From NCBI GenBank assembly GCA_028695015.1, contig JAQVJR010000001.1:180498-244497 (forward strand): DNA of 64,000 nt. The letters are read 5' to 3'. This DNA is from Minisyncoccota bacterium. Lineage in GTDB: Bacteria > Patescibacteriota > Minisyncoccia > UBA6257. Shown in pieces: positions 58,633 through 64,000 of this stretch (its first letter is position 1; each line of letters starts with the position of its first letter). The notes below the pieces were generated by a model. That model was not told the origin of the DNA and made no database searches. It saw only the letters and a list, made by a program, of their open reading frames with translations. Position numbers and translations under genes: made by a program.

Positions 58633-59881
58633 CTTTTTTGTTTTTTTCTTTTTTTGAATTTGTTTCTTTGATAGGGTCAAGCTCTGTTTTTGTTTGCTCT
58701 TCAGCTAATTCTTCTGCTTCAGCTATTCCATCTTGTATTGTTTCTTCTGGGGCTAAGGCAGAGCGAATATCAATTTTCCATCCTGTAAGTTTTGCTGCTA
58801 ATCTTACATTTTGTCCATTTTTTCCAATAGCTAAAGATAATTGTTCTGGAGGAACAAAAACCCGAACTTCTCTTTTTTCTGATATAACCTCAGTTTCTGA
58901 AATCTTAGCTGGGCCTAAGGCAGCAGCAACATATTTGGTTGGTTCTTCAGAATAAGGAATAATATCAATTTTTTCTCCATTAAGTTCATCAATAATAGTA
59001 GTTACCCTTGTTCCTTTTTGTCCTACACAAGCGCCTACAGGGTCAACGCTTTCTTCATTAGAGGCAACAGCTATTTTTGTCCTATTGCCTGGTTCTCGGG
59101 CAATAGATTTTATTTCCACAATACCTTCAGATATTTCTGGTACTTCAATTTCAAACAAACCAGAAACAAATTTAGGATGAGAGCGAGATAATAGAATAGT
59201 TGGTCCTCTACCTTTTTCTTCTAAGCGGAGAATATAGAATTTCTTTCTTTCACCAACTCGGTAATATTCTCTTGGAATACCTTCATTAATATAAAGAACA
59301 CCAAAGGTTTTGCCTAAGTCAACATAGATATTTTTTCGTTCAATTCTTTGAATAATACCATTAACTATTTTTCCTTCTTTTTCTTTAAACTCTGAAAGAA
59401 CAGTTTCTCTTTCAAATTCTTTTAATTTTTGTAAGATAACCTGTTTTGCAGTTTGAGCAGCAATACGACTAAAATCACTTTTGATTTCTAAAGGAAAAAT
59501 CAATTCTTCATCAACTTTAGAATCTGGTTTTATTTTTTTTGCTTCAGCTAAAAGAATATGTCTTTCTGGATTAAATTTAATTTTACGCATTTCCTCATCC
59601 CCATCTTCTTTAATTCCAGTCTTTTTTTCTTCTATTAATTTTTCCTCTTCTTCTGCTGTTAAAACAGAAGCTGGGTCTAAAACAAGTTTAGTTTGCCAGA
59701 ATTTTAATTCTCCATTTTCAGGATTAATCTTAGCATGAACGATTTGAGTCTTCTTACCATATTCTTTTTTATACGCAGCAGCAAAAGCAATCTCCAAAGC
59801 TTCAAAAACACTTTGTTCTGATAGTCCTTTTTCTTCTGCTATTTGGCGGATCAATGGTTTTAATGTTTTTAAATCTATCAT
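58616..59881 (-). CDS. nusA: Transcription factor NusA
   Basis: RIAAQTAKQVI, AREPGNRTKIAV, AIGKNGQNVRLA. Confidence 0.98.
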   Translation of the reverse strand: MIDLKTLKPLIRQIAEEKGLSEQSVFEALEIAFAAAYKKEYGKKTQIVHAKINPENGELKFWQTKLVLDPASVLTAEEEEKLIEEKKTGIKEDGDEEMRKIKFNPERHILLAEAKKIKPDSKVDEELIFPLEIKSDFSRIAAQTAKQVILQKLKEFERETVLSEFKEKEGKIVNGIIQRIERKNIYVDLGKTFGVLYINEGIPREYYRVGERKKFYILRLEEKGRGPTILLSRSHPKFVSGLFEIEVPEISEGIVEIKSIAREPGNRTKIAVASNEESVDPVGACVGQKGTRVTTIIDELNGEKIDIIPYSEEPTKYVAAALGPAKISETEVISEKREVRVFVPPEQLSLAIGKNGQNVRLAAKLTGWKIDIRSALAPEETIQDGIAEAEELAEEQTKTELDPIKETNSKKEKNKKDEIKN

Positions 59882-59899
59882 TTTTTTAATTTTTATTAA

Positions 59900-59963
59900 G
59901 AAAGACCGCTTGTCGCGATCTCTTCATTAATATTTATTCTACTCTCTTTTTTTAAAAAGTCAA
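59900..59963 (-). promoter_or_regulatory. nusA promoter and leader hairpin
   Basis: TTGACT-16-TAGAAT then GAAGAGATCGC-gacaa-GCGGTCTTTC. Confidence 0.55.
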
Positions 59964-60185
59964 CTTTTATAATTAAGCATTAATAGTTTTTTAATTAAAA
60001 AATTAAAAATCATAATATATAACCCAAAGAAGAATTTTTAAAATAAGGTTTTATTATATAAAAGAACTTAAATTAGTTTTATCAGTTTTCTAAAGAGAGA
60101 ATTATTTTTTTATGAAAAACAATAATTTACATTATATTAGATATTCTTAGGATATATTAACATGTATTTTTTACAATTTTAAGCG

Positions 60186-60405
60186 AAATGTTTCACATGA
60201 AACATTGTGTGAAACAAAGTGTGAAACAATTTCAAAGAAATGGCTTGTTTAAGCGCAAACCCGGCATTCTGGCGGGTTTTGGCTCTGTTAAGCCAAAAAT
60301 AGAAAAATACTCTGATTTATTAGATAAAATGTTTCACATGAAACATTGTGTGAAACAAAGTGTGAAACAATTTTAAAGAAATGGCTTGTTTAAGCGTAAA
60401 CCCGG
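60186..60405. repeat. 79-bp direct repeat (2 copies, 141-bp period), each copy containing a parS palindrome
   Basis: 60186-60264 and 60327-60405 differ at 2 positions; TGTTTCACATGAAACA at 60189 and 60330. Confidence 0.9.
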
Positions 60406-60588
60406 TTTTTAAGCATATATTGACTTTATTAGGCTAAAAATAAAATTAATCTTAATTGCTATTAAATTTTGCTTTATTGCAAGGAAAGATAAAAGGTATT
60501 AAATTGTAATTAAGAAATTAGGTTTTATATTTAAAATGAAAAATTGACAAAATGTAGTTATGGGTGTATATTCAAAATAAACAAAAAA

Positions 60589-61638
60589 ATGAAAGAAAAA
60601 ATTGCTTTAGTTTCTATAATATCTAATATTTTTTTAGCTAGTGCAAAGATTAGCATTGGTCTCTTTTCTAATTTAACAGCTGTTTTGGCAGAAGGAATTC
60701 ATTCCTTAATGGATATTTTTTCCTCAGCTATAGGATTTATTGGTATTAAGATATCAAAGAGACCAGAAGATGAAAAGCATCCTTATGGGTATTATAAATT
60801 TGAGGTCTTGGCGGGGATGGTGATTACCTTAATACTTTTAGTCACAGGAATTGGAATTATTTACGAGGCAGTTCAGAGTTTTGTTAATCCCTCTATAATA
60901 AAGATTCCAATTTTGGCTTTTGGCATTATGATTATCTCTGCTTTAGTTAACGAAATAATGGCTCGATTAAAAATTCATTTTGGCAAGAAAGAAAACTCAA
61001 TCGCCTTATTATCTGATGGAGTCCATTCTCGAATAGATGTTTATGCTTCCTTAGTGGTTTTTATAGGATTGTTTTTAACAAAATATTGGATTTACACAGA
61101 TTCAATTTTAGCTTTTTTAATTGGAATTTATGTTATTAAAGAATCTTTTTCTTTAGGCAAAGAAGCAGCTGATTCTTTATTAGATGTTTCAGCTGATCCA
61201 GAAATTGAGACAAGGATAAATGAAATTGCTAAAAAACAAAATATTCTAATTGATTCTTTAAAGACTCAAAAGAAGGGCTCTGTTATAACTGCTAGTTTAG
61301 AAATAAACTTACCAAGTAATTTAAAAGTCCAAGAGGCAACTGAAATCTCAGATAATTTAAGAAAAGAATTAATGAAGGAGATTAAAAACCTTACTTATGT
61401 AATGATTCAGATTCAAAGCCATGAACTTGAAACAGGGTATTATAAGCCAATGATAGGTCGTGGTTATGGTTGGCAAAGACGTGGCCGATTTAAAAGTAAG
61501 ATAGAGGAAGCAACTGGGTTAGGGCCAGGTGGTTATTGTGTTTGTCCAGAATGTGGGTATAAAATTCCTCATCAGCGTGGCAAACCTTGCTCAATCTTTA
61601 AATGCCCTGATTGTGAAAAAAGCCTAGAGAGAAAATAA
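60589..61638 (+). CDS. Cation diffusion facilitator transporter with C-terminal Cys-rich domain
   Basis: HSLMD, HPYGY, HSRID motifs; tail CVCPECG..H..G.PC...CPDC; start set at MKEKI. Confidence 0.92.
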   Translation: MKEKIALVSIISNIFLASAKISIGLFSNLTAVLAEGIHSLMDIFSSAIGFIGIKISKRPEDEKHPYGYYKFEVLAGMVITLILLVTGIGIIYEAVQSFVNPSIIKIPILAFGIMIISALVNEIMARLKIHFGKKENSIALLSDGVHSRIDVYASLVVFIGLFLTKYWIYTDSILAFLIGIYVIKESFSLGKEAADSLLDVSADPEIETRINEIAKKQNILIDSLKTQKKGSVITASLEINLPSNLKVQEATEISDNLRKELMKEIKNLTYVMIQIQSHELETGYYKPMIGRGYGWQRRGRFKSKIEEATGLGPGGYCVCPECGYKIPHQRGKPCSIFKCPDCEKSLERK

Positions 61639-61670
61639 AATCTCTGTTTTAGAAACAAAGATTCTGTTAG

Positions 61671-61741
61671 TGGACTGACCGGGAATCGAACCCGGAATTC
61701 GGCAATGCGAATGCCGTGGTATACCATTTACCTACCAGCCC
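61671..61741 (-). tRNA. trnA: tRNA-Ala (CGC)
   Basis: GGGCTGG...TCAGTCCA with G3:U70 pair, anticodon loop TTCGCAT. Confidence 0.9.
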
Positions 61742-61855
61742 TTTATAAATTTTCTTTTCAAAAGTATATCAAAAAAATAGCATTAATTAAATATTTATTT
61801 TTCTTATTTAATTTCTTTGTTATAATTTGTTATAGTAAAAAATAAAGAATCAAAA

Positions 61856-62110
61856 ATGACAGAAAAAGTGAAAATCAAAATTTACTCATCCCCAGATTGT
61901 TCTTATTGTTATGTGGTTAAAGATTATTTATCACACCAGGGGATTGAGCTCGAAGAAATTGATTTATATGAACAACCAGAAAAGAGACAGGAAATGGAAG
62001 AAATTTCCAAACAAAAAAATATTCCTGTTTTGATAATAAATGATGAAATAATTATTGGTTGGAAAAAAGAAAAAATTGATGAAGCTTTGAAAAAACATGG
62101 AGCAATATGA
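61856..62110 (+). CDS. Glutaredoxin-like protein
   Basis: CSYC, NIPV, IIGW. Confidence 0.9.
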   Translation: MTEKVKIKIYSSPDCSYCYVVKDYLSHQGIELEEIDLYEQPEKRQEMEEISKQKNIPVLIINDEIIIGWKKEKIDEALKKHGAI

Positions 62111-63020
62111 TTTAATTATTCTAGGTGGTGGCCCAGCTGGAATTACTGCTGGTATTTATGCTTCCCGAAAAAAATTAAAAACATTATTAATTACTAAAGA
62201 GTTTTTAGGTCAAGTTGGCCTGTCTTGGAGAATAGAAAACTATCCTGGTTTTCCAAAAATCAATGGTAGGGATTTATTAAAATTATTTCATAATCATTTG
62301 GTTCAAAATGAAATAACTATACAGAATTATGAAGAAGCCATTAAGATAGAAAAACTAAATACAGGCTTTAAATTAAAGACCAAGGAAAAAGAATACAATA
62401 GCCTAGCAATAATCATTGCTACAGGCGCAGAATTAAAAAAATTAAATATTAAAAATGAAGATAGGTTTATAGGGAAAGGAATTTCTTATTGCCTTACTTG
62501 TGATGAAAAGGCTTTTGAAAATAAAAAAGTAGCAGTGATTGGCGGAGGAAATACTGGGGCTGAAGCAGCAATTAGTCTTTTGAAATTTGCTTCAGAAATC
62601 TATTTATTAGAATACTTGGATCATTTGACTTGTGACGAGGTTTTAAAAGAAGAAATTGAAAGTCAGTCAAGAATTCAGGTGATCACTAATGCAGAGACTT
62701 TAAGCTTTGAAGGGAATGAAGAATTAAAAAAAATTGTCTATCAGGAACGAAAAACAAGGAAAATTCATGAAATAGAAACAGATGGTTGTTTTATTCAAAT
62801 TGGTGTTATGCCAAATACAGAATTTGTAAAGGGGTTAATTGATTTAAATAAAAAAGGGGAGATTATTAGTAATTTAAAAACAATGGAAACTTCTCATAAA
62901 GGAATTTTTGTTGCTGGTGATGTTTGCGATTTTCCTTTTAAACAAATTATTGTTGCTGCTAGCCAGGGTGCCTCAGCTGCTCTGTCTGCTTATTTATATA
63001 TCAAAGAATTGAATAATTAA
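62097..63020 (+). CDS. trxB: Thioredoxin reductase-like flavoprotein
   Basis: GGGPAG, SYCLTCD, GGGNTG, AGDV. Confidence 0.92.
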   Translation: MEQYDLIILGGGPAGITAGIYASRKKLKTLLITKEFLGQVGLSWRIENYPGFPKINGRDLLKLFHNHLVQNEITIQNYEEAIKIEKLNTGFKLKTKEKEYNSLAIIIATGAELKKLNIKNEDRFIGKGISYCLTCDEKAFENKKVAVIGGGNTGAEAAISLLKFASEIYLLEYLDHLTCDEVLKEEIESQSRIQVITNAETLSFEGNEELKKIVYQERKTRKIHEIETDGCFIQIGVMPNTEFVKGLIDLNKKGEIISNLKTMETSHKGIFVAGDVCDFPFKQIIVAASQGASAALSAYLYIKELNN

Positions 63021-63031
63021 TTTCAAAATTA

Positions 63032-64000
63032 ATGAAGAAATATTTTTTATTAGGTTTAATTAGTTTTATTGTAATTTTTGGTTGCGTTGCTGAAAATTCT
63101 TTTGCTCAGGAAAATGAAGTTAATCTTTATTTTTTTTGGGGCCATGGTTGCCCCCATTGCACTCAGGAAGAACTATTTTTAAAATCTTTAGGATCAAAAT
63201 ATCCTACTCTTAAAGTTTATAGTTTTGAGATTTATAACAATAAAGCAAATCGTGATTTATTAATTGAGATAGGAAAAAGCCTAGAAATAGATATTCCTGG
63301 TGTGCCCATAATGATAATAAATGATGAGCCTTTAATCGGTTATCATCAAGATGACACCACTGGCAAACAAATAGAAGAATTAGTTTTGAATTGCTTAAAT
63401 AATGTTTGCTCAGATTCAATTAAGGCTATGCTTTTTACTGATCAAACAACCACGACTACACAACAAACTCCGCCCACAAGCACGACAACAACTACTTTAG
63501 TCAATCAAGAAGAAATCAATGCCTATCTGTTTTGGACAGATGGTTGTCCGCTATGTGCCCAAGAGAAAAATTATTTAGATAAAATTCAAGATAAATATTC
63601 TAACCTTAATATTGTTTATCTTAATACTACTCAGACTAAAAATGCTGATATATTAAAACAAATAATAGAGGAATTTGATATCCAAGATCCAGATTTGCCT
63701 CTATTAGTAATTGGAGAAAAAATTATAATAGGTTGGCACAATGAAGAAGTTTCAGGCAAAACAATAGAAGAATCAATAAAATGCTACACAGAGCAAGAAT
63801 GCCCTGACTTAGTAGGAAGCATTATCACTCGTTTTACTCATTTTGGAGAATCAACAACAGAGAAGCCACTACCAGATAAGATTAAAATTCCTTTAATAGG
63901 TGAAGTAAAAACAAAAGATCTTTCTTTGCCAGTCCTATCTATTGTTTTAGGTGGACTGGATGGGTTTAATCCTTGCGCAATGTGGGTATTAGTTTTTTTA
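63032..64000 (+). CDS. Exported tandem thioredoxin-domain protein fused to a CcdA/DsbD-like membrane domain; partial and absent from the ORF track
   Basis: Manual translation: signal peptide, FWGHGCPHC, Thr-rich linker, FWTDGCPLC, then LGGLDGFNPCAMWVLVF at the window end. Confidence 0.85.
   Translation, partial: MKKYFLLGLISFIVIFGCVAENSFAQENEVNLYFFWGHGCPHCTQEELFLKSLGSKYPTLKVYSFEIYNNKANRDLLIEIGKSLEIDIPGVPIMIINDEPLIGYHQDDTTGKQIEELVLNCLNNVCSDSIKAMLFTDQTTTTTQQTPPTSTTTTTLVNQEEINAYLFWTDGCPLCAQEKNYLDKIQDKYSNLNIVYLNTTQTKNADILKQIIEEFDIQDPDLPLLVIGEKIIIGWHNEEVSGKTIEESIKCYTEQECPDLVGSIITRFTHFGESTTEKPLPDKIKIPLIGEVKTKDLSLPVLSIVLGGLDGFNPCAMWVLVFL

Noticed and set aside
60186-60405. Possible CRISPR array, or the 62-aa ORF at 60188-60376
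   Set aside because: There are only two 79-bp copies and no cas genes. The repeat is explained by parS palindromes, and the ORF is just a translation of the repeat.

Overview
This low-GC window is most consistent with a Patescibacteria (CPR, Parcubacteria-like) chromosome using standard genetic code 11, and it spans the replication origin (rpmH/dnaA/dnaN). Most of it is housekeeping: ribosomal proteins, tsf, prfA, recA, ftsK, gyrB, pheST, tyrS, ruvC, PBP1A, nusA, tig, clpP and six tRNAs. Six accessory elements stand out. (1) Cys-repeat surface-protein genes sit downstream of tRNA-Trp with junctions resembling recombinase att sites, suggesting a tRNA-anchored cassette array. (2) There is an orphan small RNA between rpsB and rpmE. 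(3) An interlocked inverted-repeat leader (pseudoknot or micro-inversion switch) precedes a secreted phospholipase C/nuclease-like lamin-tail protein. (4) A Shine-Dalgarno-rich operon has a boxA-like leader. (5) A VirB4/PrgI/VirB6/VirB2-like secretion locus has two beta-defensin-like six-Cys modules on its VirB6-like protein and a putative M15-type peptidase domain on its pilin. (6) There is a duplicated parS unit. All family assignments come from motif recognition by eye; no searches were run.
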